Shown here one piece after another: positions 38,454 to 50,400 of a DNA stretch of 64,000 nt (the first letter of the stretch is position 1; every line of letters starts with the position of its first letter). The position numbers and the translations under genes are program-made. The notes beneath the pieces are model-generated. The model did no database searches, was not told where the DNA came from, and worked only from the letters and a program-made list of their open reading frames with translations. The DNA comes from Phoronis australis (lineage: Eukaryota > Animalia > Phoronida): NCBI GenBank assembly GCA_002633005.1, contig NMRA01000140.1:124001-188000 (forward strand). Reading direction: 5' to 3'.

Positions 38454-41400
38454 ATGGAGGCTGTGAGGGCTTTCAACAATGAGGTGAGCTTTGTAAACAA
38501 ATAATCGATTACCATGGCAGTTATTTATCTTTGTAGAAAGCACCTCCATTCAATTGTTGTCTACATTTTGCTCTGTTTTCCTTGACCCCATACTAGCTGC
38601 GCTGGTTCGAAGAAACTGAGAATGGAGATCATTGACATTGTGATTGTCGTCCAACGGATTCTAATTGCTTTTGTGTGTTATGTCTATTTTCACATTTGAG
38701 TCGGCGAATAATTGACTGAACCCATTAGAATTTTATATCTATAATGGTTAGTGGGATTGCAACGAATTTTTGTTGGTTGTACGGGAGAGAAACGGAAAGC
38801 CTGAAAGTTGAAATTCTCAGCAGACAAACAGACAGAATCAAATGCGACTCGGAATTGATGCGAGTTGGCCAAATCTGCATGGATTTTCAAGATTCCAGCC
38901 TCGACCAATTTCTTACCCTTTTCATCGTAATTTCTAAGTACCATCTCTCGTCATGCCACTGGGTGGCTGATTCATCATTAACCAGGGTACGTTTGGCGAG
39001 TTAGAGCTTGCATTTTGCGATGAAAAAGTTTGCGGCACCCGGTATAGAAATAGTAGCGACAGAAGAAAATAGTGGCGATGGGAGAAGAGTAAAGCAGTGG
39101 ACTGAAAATGGTGGCCTCAATAATTTTCGTTTGACTTCCTTCATGGTTGGAAACGTATTATATTCATTTTTTAAATGCAAACATTAGTAACAAAGAAAAG
39201 TCTGTCAGATTTCGTAAAACCCTTAGACTATTCGTTATGCTAAATCTAACTACCCATGGGGTTTACATTTTCATAAATTCACTGAAAATATTAGTCTCTT
39301 TCATGAAAGATTGTTAGCACCTATGCATGCAGTTCTTTGTGAATTGTGTGTAGAACTGTAGAAGGTGTAAGTACTTCGGGGAAACACGTTTACATAATAC
39401 AGTGAGAGATATTTAGTTGTGAGAATCATGTGTGTACAACAGGTATCGTACAGTGGACGTGCTATGGCAACAGGGTGGAATTCTGGCTTTGCCAATAGCA
39501 GATAACTTGTGATAGCTTGACACACTTAGATTATGAGTGGCGTAGTCATGAGCAGCCTATTAAAACAGGTCGAGTTGCATAGACAAAGATTTTAATTGTA
39601 GGTCTGCGTCTGCAAGAACTGTGACGGTTCATCCCAACATGAATAGTCACAAAGGTGTCAAATAAAACAGAATGGTACTCATGTTTCTAATATCGTAAGC
39701 GGTCAATGAATAAGTAACATTGCATTAAAAAATCCCGTTTCTCAATATAGCAATTGCGTTTCTTTACATTTTTTTGTCATGACCTATTAGACCTAGTGCG
39801 TCTTTCGCCGACACGCAGTGGTGTTAGCATGACAATCGGCCACGTTGCAAGTAACATCTATTGGACACCTGCAGTACTATAAGTTTTGGCGACCTCAAAT
39901 TCGAAATGCTGACCGGAGATTTGACCCAACTCGTGAATTGCGAGTGTGGCGTTCTCTTAGTGTTGGACGCGGTATCATTTTCTGTTCAACATCCGTTGTG
40001 ATTTCCTATGTCCCTACATTGCTACAGTCAGAAACCAGGTTACCTGTGTTTGCAGTCTTTGCTCAAGTAACAGTTTTCATAGACATTTTGGAGTGTTTAC
40101 CATCACAATTGTTGCGAATCATATTATGTTCCTGGTTTATACACGAATCATTGTTCTGTTCACTTATCCTTCATGAGAATTCGCATTCCTACATTAGAGA
40201 AATAAATAATGTTGTTAAAAAGGGCCAGGTTCAAAAAACCATTGACGTTGTTCTTCACTTCCGTCAAACAAAACCCTCAACAGCCACCTAGTTTCCTAAT
40301 AGCTCATCAGGGCTTGACAGCGTTATGTAAGCTTGCAAAACTCCCAGGTCGTCATGTGGAAAATGAGTTCACTAAAATGAGGAAACCTTGGGGCATTGTT
40401 TTTTTTCTTTTGGTGAAATGTTGAACATAGGGTTAAATCGTCTGCACAGTGATGACCCTTTATTAAGTAAAGAAATACCCTCCAATGATTATAGATTCCC
40501 CCCCCCCCAGGTTAGAATGCAAAACATTAGTTTTGGCTACTTGATACATTGCTGATGAGGTGTGGCGACAGGACTTGGGTTTCTCCTCAACAGGCCTTTG
40601 TGCAGAATACGTCCTGGGCATCAAAATGGACGCCCTAGCATTAATTTGGAAGCACTGGCAAGGACTCCCAATGTATCATTTGGACGCCCACTGTCAATAG
40701 GAACCTTTCAAGTTTGAACTCACACATTGTAATGAATACTAGGAAGCCTCTGAAGGCTCACAGTGGGGGCTCTTTTTTCAAAGCAGGAAGAAATATACAA
40801 TGTATATACAAAGTATATGCATTGTTGCTATTTTGATACTTGATTGGCAGCATTGTAAAAGTCCTGGTCTGCACAGTTTTTTTGGTATTTTTTGTAAAAA
40901 ACATTTGTGTTTGGGGGTATTGCTGGGGGTGGGGGGGGGTTACGCGTCGGAATCATGGACGCCCTGGAATTTTGGGAACCCCATTTTGGACACCCTATTT
41001 TCAAAATCCTGGATAAAGGCCTGCTCCTCAACCAAAAAGTTTCCCTCAAAGAATGCACTGGCCCTATTCTCCTTAGTTAGGCGATGTCCCTGAATTGTGA
41101 CCCAAAATTATTGTCGAACTTCTGGCTTTGTTGCAATTGGGAAACGTTCAGCGACTTTGTCTCATCTTAGGTGATTTTTACCAAGTTACCAAACAAAATC
41201 TGATGTTGCTTTGACGAGCTGCAGGTCGCCAAATCGAACCTTGCTCATTCAAATAAAAAAACAGGTCAGTAGTGCCTCATTTGACCTGATTTTTCAAATC
41301 ATAAAATTAAGTTTGTGGCAGAGGTACTTTTGATGAAATGGAAATATTGCTGACTTCTTTTATCATTCGGCTTTTTCTGCATTCATTTTGGTTTTGGTGA

Positions 41401-44400
41401 CATTTTTTACTTGTATTCCTGGGAATAACTACCTTCTCTGGTGTGTCTGTAAATATTTATTTAGATGCAGGTTACATGTCTTGAGTTTCGTACAGAAAGT
41501 AGTCCTCTTCTTGGTCTTTCTCCATTGTTCTTGAACTGCATGCAAAAACTCATGGTTTTTGTCTGATTTTGGAAAGATCAAAAGTCTACCACTGGTTATG
41601 GTGTTGGTATTAAAGCAGTAATATTCCACCTTTCACCACAAAACAAATTTGATTTAGGCCACTTACTGTTATGAAATCAATCTCAAATTGTTCTTTAATC
41701 AAATTGCAAGTGATTTCAGATGTTCCAAAGAACTGGGAATAATGTCTGCTTGAGACCAGAGTCTACAAGATGGCTTGTCATGGTGTATCGTTTTATTCGC
41801 CGAGCACGATCTCAAGGAATATTGAAATGCCAGTTTTTTGCAAGTCCATAAATTACTTCCCATCTGAGTAAAGAACAAGTTGAGGCAATTTTATAGTACT
41901 AAATGCCAGTAAGTGGTCTAAGTCACAATTTCTCCTCTTGGACAGAGTGCATGTTAGTAACTGCTTTAAGTATTGAGTTCAGTGATTATATTTGAACCAC
42001 CTCCAGTGAGAGGCCTGCATTTCGTAATGGTTGAAATGCTATTGCAGCTCTCTATGCTCTATGAGTCGAAGCCTCCTGTGTCCAGGGCCAAGATGGCACA
42101 GATCACCAAGTCGGCGATGAAGGCTATCAAGTTCTACAAGCACGTGGTTCAGAGTGTTGAAAAGTTCATTCAGAAGGTAACGAAATGAAGATAGGTTTAT
42201 GGTTTTGTTAACGTGTTCGCCATCGCTGCGATATGAGTAAATTAGAAAACGAGATAGATTTTTGCTAGGATGTCCCTGCATGGAGTCGTCAAAGTACTAC
42301 TGTGACAAAACTTACATTTCTTCTGAAAGCGCAGGAAGTTTTCTAAATTGTTTCAAATATGATGTCTTAAAAAATGAAAATGCTCGTTAGAGGCAACACC
42401 TGTTCATGAGACTTGGCCTTAATCTCCAATGAATATCATATTTAAGTGTATAGCTTACCTTTTTCCACAAAGAATTTATTGCAACTTTTGACATGCTAGA
42501 ATAACTAACAAATTACCTCAACCTGCCCTGGTCCTGGGCAGCTGATTACCTTAAATTATGATGTATGTGGTTAGCTGGGTTATCAGCGGGTTCGCTTTTA
42601 AAGCCCCTTGTTTGGTTATTTTTGACTTAAAGCCTATCTTCAACGGTAACACCTGTAAATTTGGTTCCTACAGTATGTTGATAGCATCGCTCTGAGCCCA
42701 CTAGTGCCATAAATTGCCAAATTTAAGTAACAAACTGTTAGGCATATTAGCTTGCTTTTGTTTACATCACCGAGAGAATCACCTTTTAATTCAAACATCT
42801 GTGAATAATACCCGCACGCAATGGTGTTCTATTCAGACCCCTATTAAATACAACCTTATGTTGTTTGTGCTAGGATCTCGCGGTGACACAACATGACACG
42901 AAAAGGCAGCTTCACTTATAATTCGACGGGCTTGCATTTGTGCAATTGAACTTGCGTTTTTTTATTTTACTAAGACTTTGCCAGGACTATCTGGTTAGCC
43001 CAATACATCTAAAATAACAAAATTCCGTTGAAGTTTGGCTTTAACACCTACCTACTGATTTTTGAGATAAGTTAGAAGCAACACCCTCTAGCATCTAGAC
43101 CTGTCATTGCAGTGTCGTCCAGAGTTCAAAGTTCCCGGCCTGTACGTGATTGACTCAATTGTGAGACAGTCTCGCCATCAGTTTGGGGCGGATAAGGACC
43201 TATTTGCTGCCAGATTCTGCAAGAACATCACCACTACCTTCCAACACCTGTTTAAGTGTCCGCCTGAGGAAAAGGTACTATTTGTTCTGTTTCGTTCTCT
43301 TAAAGGTATACATTACGTCACTGTAGTGTTGTTTCTTGTAAAGGAAATTTTTCAAATAGTATTATTAAAAAATAAGTAGGGATCTATTCATGCAATGCCC
43401 CTAATTTAAGAGATAAGTCCCCATTTATTTTCATTGAATCAAGGGCTCGGATTTTAGTTATATAATTAGAAAAAGTAATTAGTTAGCGAGGAGGTCATAA
43501 TAAAGATAAAATGATAGGAAAAAGATTTTACATCATTCTGTGAGTAAAGAACAAAACATGCAAGAGATTTAGGAACCTTAGTTGAGCCCTTATTTGAAAC
43601 TGTTTCATGCAACCGGGCAGTGGTCCACCAACAGCAAGTAATGTCCACTACGACACGTGACAATGATCAATTGGCTCCAAGTGCAAGTTCCTGAGTGACC
43701 CAAACAGACTAGAACCAGGGGTGGATCCAGGATTCTGAGTTAGGGGAGGCCAGGGCACAGGAATAACGAGAATTTCGCCACATTCACGTGCCCAGCTTAA
43801 AATGTAGGGATGCAGGGGTCTCGAAATTTAGGGTTTGTGGATCTTATTTCTAAAAAAAACAGTAAACGGGGTTTATTCAAGACCAATGCATTGTGCATTC
43901 GTCCCCCGAGCCCCCCCACCCTGGGTGCGCGCATGTGCTAGTCAGCAATTTGTACCCCAAACTGCCAAATGGTATCTGGGAGAATTTTAGGGGGGGGGGC
44001 CATGGCCCCTTTGCCCCCCCTAAATCCGCCACTGAGAACCTGGCAAGCAATCAAACATACCTCTGACCATGAGCCATCTTGTCACCCACACTGCTCCTAG
44101 CAGCGCCACACTGTGGACACTTAAACAAACGCTATTCGTTACAGTATACACCCTGACTTTTAGTGCATTGGTGCTTGAACACACAAGAATAGATAGCACC
44201 ATTTGTAGCTTTGCTTATCCCAATGCACCAATATGAGAAGGTATGGCTGCCTCTGTCCTGCTCCAGGCATTGTTCACGTTAGTGTGGTGTGTATGTGAGG
44301 TATGTTTCTCTTAGAATTTTGATGTTGTTTGGTTTGTTATTATAAATAATTCGTTAATTTAGGAGCATCTGATTGTTCACAGTCGTTCACTGAATATCTT

Positions 44401-47400
44401 GATTGTTTCTAGAGTAAGATAGTGCGTGTACTGAACCTATGGCAGAAGAACACTGTGTTGCCCATTGAAATTATACAGCCTCTGCAGGACCTAGCGGCTG
44501 ATCCCACAAACACACAAGCTATACTCTCAGGTATACTATCGAATTTTTGCGTACTCTAGTGATCATGGCACGAAAGAGAACAGTTTTTGTAGTGATATGA
44601 CGTTTCATCTCCAAGTTGGAGAAAATCTATTCACTAACGTAGTGTATTACTGCCAAGATCCGTTTAAGCTGTGCTGAACGGTTAATCAGCCATATAGGTA
44701 GAAGTCTACCCTTCATTGAGTGTTTCTGAAATATGTTAACATGACAGCCTGGCCCTGTTAACCATTTTGATCTTGGCTTTCAACAAAGCTTACGGAATCT
44801 CTTCTCATTGAAAATCAGCAGAGATTCGAAGCCAAATTATTTGCTGATACTTTGTCGATTATTTCTTCTTATTGATTGTTCCACCATAACTTTGTCGATG
44901 CAAGATGGTCGTTGTTGGCTTTGTTGACAGTTGTTACTTGTACTGTTACAGTGCAGAGGGCTGCTGAGGCGTTCATCTCTGCTAAGTCAGATGCCCCGTC
45001 CAAGAAGCCAGCACCTCAGAAAGAAGCAGGCAAAGCTACAACTGAACAACCACAAGCGCTCACAGATGTGGCCAAGACTGTGACGCAGTTGCTGCAGCAA
45101 AACGTACGAGCTTCAGGTTTTTAGCTGTACTGGAATTTTGGCATTAGTCACTTGCACTGGTTCCGGATTTTAAGAATCAGTGTAATGCCCATTATTTTGT
45201 GGAGAAACTGGTTCTCAAAATGTGGGAACCCAGTAAGTAAACTTTATCGAAAATTTCTTAACCTTGCATACTGGAACAGTTGTGATATACACCAACTTCA
45301 CTTTGCAAAGATTGAAGATTGTGACTAGGAAAATGACCGTAAAAAAATTGATGAACTTCAATCACTCCCATAATAGAGTGAAATTATGAACATTTGCAGT
45401 TCTGAAACCTTCGTTTGGGGAAGAAACCATATGTAAATAGTGAGGAAATTTCAAAATGTTTTGGGAAGTGTTTTCTGGTAAGTGGGCAGTACACACTGTA
45501 ATTACTGTCACAGTTAGTCATTGATAATGTACTGGCTCGCTAATTATTGCCCCAATCTTCCATCCTGATGACTTGAAACGCAATTCTGTGGGGCGCCCAT
45601 TTATCTTTGAAACTTCATCAGATATGTTCCTCAATTTCTAGCATTGTCACGGTTCGCATGTAGTGAAATCTCATCACTTTAGGGTAAAGTATGGAGGGCA
45701 AGTGAAATTTTTATCTTTTCATTTATTTCTTAAATATTAATTCACACCAAATAATTGCTATAACGTTTTAAGTTCTCTGCATAGTTTCAACCAGACTATG
45801 TTTTGAGAAATCATAACAGAATAAGACGTCTACGAAAATTGAAACAGGTCAATTTATTGTTTTTGTCTGAAAATTGATGAGATTACACCATAAGCACATT
45901 TAGAGTGTCCGAATCCCAGCAGGATTGTGATGTTTCTGTTGTATCGTTTCCATTCATGCCTGGTTCTTTCCAGCAGCCGTCTACCCTGGGCGGCCAACAG
46001 CAGCAGCTGCAACAACTGCAGCTCTTGCAACAACAACTACTGCAGCACACGCAGACGATGCAGGACCCCGCAGTACAGCAACAGCCTGTCATTGACAGCA
46101 CTCTCCTAGCTCAGATACAGACTCTCACCAACCAGCTGCTGGTCAAATCACAGTCGGAGCCACCTGCGCCATCTGGTGGTGTACCAGCGCAGGCACAGCA
46201 GGCTTCAGGCTTTAACAAGAAGCTGCTGGATTTTGACTACGGAGAGAGTGATGATGAGGAAGAGAAGGGGACACCACAAGCGCCACCTGCTGGGTAGGGA
46301 CTTCGGTATTAGTGGGCATTGACCTGTTGGGTAGGCAATGTGGTGTTAATGGCATGTAGCTGGCAGTGGTCACAACTTTACTTAGGTATAGTCAATTAAT
46401 GAAAATAGAAGGTTTCAAGAGTTTCATACTACATCAACAATTTATTGTTTTTCAATACTATACTGGCAGGATGGACGAACTTGCTGTCATTTCTTTTCTC
46501 CATGAACCACAGTTGTGTCCAGTTGTATTATGCAGACATTTTATCATAGGCTTGGTACGTAGAATCAATACATAAAACTTGTGCCTCCTGCTAGGAAATG
46601 AAAAAAAATAGTGCTTCATGAGGAAAGAGGTTTGTAAATTGCCGTTCATTAGACAGGGGATACAGCTGGTAAAAACGAGTATTTTATTCATGGGAAAATA
46701 ATGCCTTTGTAAAGAACAGCTACGTGTGGACTGTGAAGGGTGGAGAGTGTACCCTGCCTGATCTCAAGTTAAGGATATTCTTATTTTATTTGTGTAATCA
46801 CTAATTTGCACATTGTTCAGGTGTTAGACTGTGTCTGTAGTCATTACACTTGGTAGCCTGTGCTACATTGAGGGCTCAATTTAACTGCAGGCTTCACCAG
46901 AACTCTGTGGTGTCCTCTGTAAGTAGTTGAGCTACACAGCTTCCATTGGTCCGTTGTTGTTGCTTCAAACACCAGTTCCTGTATAGGATCTTCTTCATTT
47001 GTGTAACTGCTCTTGATTCACGCAGCCTGTTCGATTGGATCAACTGGCTGAAGTGTCTTATTCACCGTTATGGGTTGCAAACCAATCAGATGTTTTAGCT
47101 TGTTTTATTGGCGCAGTGAATCAGCTGCAGTCAGTAAAATCCGAACTTGAAATCTGAGGTAACTTGATAATGAGAGTTGTCAAGTAAAGACTCTCATCTT
47201 TGTGGCCATTATATACTCTAACAGACAGTAAAAGGCGTTTATTTTGAGTTCGCACAAAAGTAGAATGGAAAAAATATTTTTTGATGTCTATTCCAAAGGT
47301 TACATCCTGTGCCGATGTGTTGTCTCTCGGAACTGGCAACACCCACTGTATTCAGTGCATGTCAAATTCTGGTTAAAAAATCACAAAAATGATTTTCAGT

Positions 47401-50400
47401 TCAGTTTTTCAGAGTCATACACATTGGTTGGTGGTTATTTCTGAACATGTCTGGGTCAGAGGCATAGGTGTCACACCTTCCATTCAAACCACTGATTCAG
47501 TCGAACCTTCAACTTGTTCGTATGAACGTAAATCTCTGCATAAGCTTCTAAGATTTGGATAAACGACTCGTCTTTGGTAGAGTCATAATCAATGAGTTTG
47601 GTTTGTAGGGGTGATTCAATAGATAGTGTCGATTCAGTGGCTCGCAGTGATTTTTTATTATGAGCACAGTCTCAGAAACCGCTTTCACATAATATCCAGG
47701 TTCCCATTAATTCCCTTGCATACATTCTCTAGTAAGACCGAGCTCTGAGGAGTAGGTGACACCTTTGTACAATGCTAGATTGTCAGCCAGTGAAGCCTGG
47801 ATTCGAACCCGGGTTTCCCAAACTGGAATCTGGAGCTCAAACCATTGACCCACATTGTCTCCTCCAATTGTAATCCACAGCTTGTTTATTCGGTTTCTGC
47901 TTCCTCACTGTTGACTGTTCTCAATCGTCTCCCCTGTCTCTTGTTTTCCAGCGGTGTGCAGACGTTGCTAAACGACCCCAATCTGATGCAACAGATCCAC
48001 CAGATGTCGCAGACGATTCAGAAGACGGAGGAACTGCGTGGTGAACTGAGTGCACAGGAAGAGCTTAGGCAACAGCTACTGCAGCAACAACAGGCAGAGT
48101 TCCAGCAGCAGATAGAGCAGTCTGAGGAGGTGGGTAACTATAGCAACGGCTTGTGTAAATAGAGTGGTCCGAGGAGGTGGTAACTATAGCAAAGATTTGT
48201 GTAAATATAGTGGTCTGAGAAGGTGTGTGACTATAGCAACAGTTTGTGTGGATAGAGCAGTCTGAGGAGGTTGGTAACTATAGCAACGTTTGTGTCAATG
48301 GAGTAGTCTGAGGAGGTGGCTACTTACAACAGCTTGCATGACATACATGCAGTTATCGATTATACAGCTACGCAATCTTACACTTGGTAGTGTAGTGATA
48401 TTTATGTGGGCCCTAGATTCTGTGTGGGAAACTTCAACTATAATATCTGGATTTAGGTGAATGAACCTGTTTGCAAAAGGCATATTATAAAGTAAAAACA
48501 GGAGAAAGTTTTCAAAATAGAACGTTAGTGAAGCTCAACTTCTTCAGTACATAAGTGCAGATGTTGAAACGAAAAGCACTAGTAGTGGATAGAGGCACTC
48601 CGAATTGGCCAAATCAAGGTTTGCGTATGTACAAGGAATAGATTCCTCTGCCTCTGAGTGAATCCTAAGTGCATGGGCCTGTATGTGAAATGTCTAATGA
48701 AGAAAAAAGCTAATAAGGAGAAAATCTGAAAATCGTGACAAAGGCTTTAATTTGGATAAAGGGGCATGGACCTAAACATGCATGTAGCTAAGATTGGTTG
48801 TTGTTTTCTGTGTTCAAGCTCACTGTTAGTAATCGTGTGCCTAGGTGGAGGTGATTGAATCAGAAGAGGCCATGGAGAAGTCTAAAGAACGCTCACACAG
48901 GGACAGAAGACACAGATCCAGGTCTAGGTATGATGAATGAAATGACTTCATTGAGCAATCGTTGAGTCTGATGAGTAGTTTTACCATATAGATCTGATCA
49001 TCGCCAGCTCTTACTACGAATGCGTAAGGTTGAGATCTTGTTGCATGGTAACGTCAAAAAGCTTTTCTGTTACGGATTTTTTCGGACTCGTAATTAATAA
49101 CCCACATGATGGGACCATGTGACTGTAAACAAATAGCTGTTGTGTGAACAGTATTTTGTATAAATTCATTCTGCACTACGGTCTTCATTACTGTACTCCA
49201 CGAACACCGTCGTTTTACTTATTTTTAGATCGTTTCAAGTGGCGCGCTTCCTCTATCAAAGGCCAAAAATGTCTACTTCAAATCTGAATGAAAACGTACT
49301 TAGGATTTTCTATTTGCTAGTCGTTTACATTTTGGTGGATGCCATGATGTTTTCAACTCTCAAAGGCAAAAATCGCATGATCAGTATTATCTACAGTAGA
49401 AGTTAAATTAAATTTAGCTAGAAATAGAGACAAAAAATTGCTGTGCATGAAAATGTGCCAAAACTGTTGGTAAGTTTATTTTAATTTCTCATGCAACCCA
49501 AGCAGCAAGCTCTGCAAGCACACGCTCAGCCATAGCAGTCAGTCTCGTAATCTGTTGTGCGTGCCGCTTTAATTGTTACATAACGGCAGCTGAGAAATGT
49601 ATTAGAATATTTAGGCACACTTCTTGGGTTCAACTGTAGTCCTGGCTTTGGCTAAATAATGTTTAATTTGAATCAGTTGTGATGAAAATTGTTAATCAAA
49701 TTGAAGGTGATTTCTAGGTTGGGAAGAACTGGTAGATTGTTATTCCTTGAGACCAGGTGTGATGTCATTTTGTGTGCCAAGCACGGTCTCAATCCCAGTA
49801 ATCCTCTCTTAATGTGAGCATAGGAACAAATGGTCTAAATCACATTGGTGGGGTGATAGGACTTTGTCTTTTCATGGTTCTAAACATCTTGCCATTCTTT
49901 TTGATGGTTACACTATTTTGTCGCTAACTATTGTAATTTCTGTTCACATAGGTCTCGGGATAGGTCTCGTAAAAAGCACAAGCGCTCCCGATCTCGTTCA
50001 AGGTCGAGGAAGCGGTCAAGAGAACGCAGAAGTCGACGGTCTAGGTCAGTTTGGTTTCCAGTCATTAGACTGTAGTTCTGGATATTGGAACATTGGAGGA
50101 GAAAGCAGTGGGTGTTGGCGAGACTTTTGAAGTTGGAGAGTTGAGAGATCAGATTGTAACATAGATCTCGGTGGAACATTTAAAATGTTCCTTTGTCATT
50201 GAGATAATTGAGTGCACTCGGGGGCCGGAAAATGTGCGACTTCAGACAAGTGTTTCAGATAGCTCTTTGTAGTGCAAATGTGGAGAACCTTGTCAACTTG
50301 TGTATCAGACTTAAGCAGCATTAAGTCTAAACGGAACAAAACTAAAAAATGAATTTCCTGTTGAAATTGTCAATGTTGATGTGTGCTTGTATTGTGCACA

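Noticed and set aside
39845-40291. 148-aa ORF in SCAF intron 1 (and the similar 51156-51521 and 58137-58535 ORFs)
   Set aside because: Non-ATG starts, no recognisable domains and no supporting splice structure.
48928-49000. C/D-box-like motifs (ATGATGA...CTGA)
   Set aside because: The C box overlaps the splice donor, and there is no terminal stem or recognisable rRNA complementarity.
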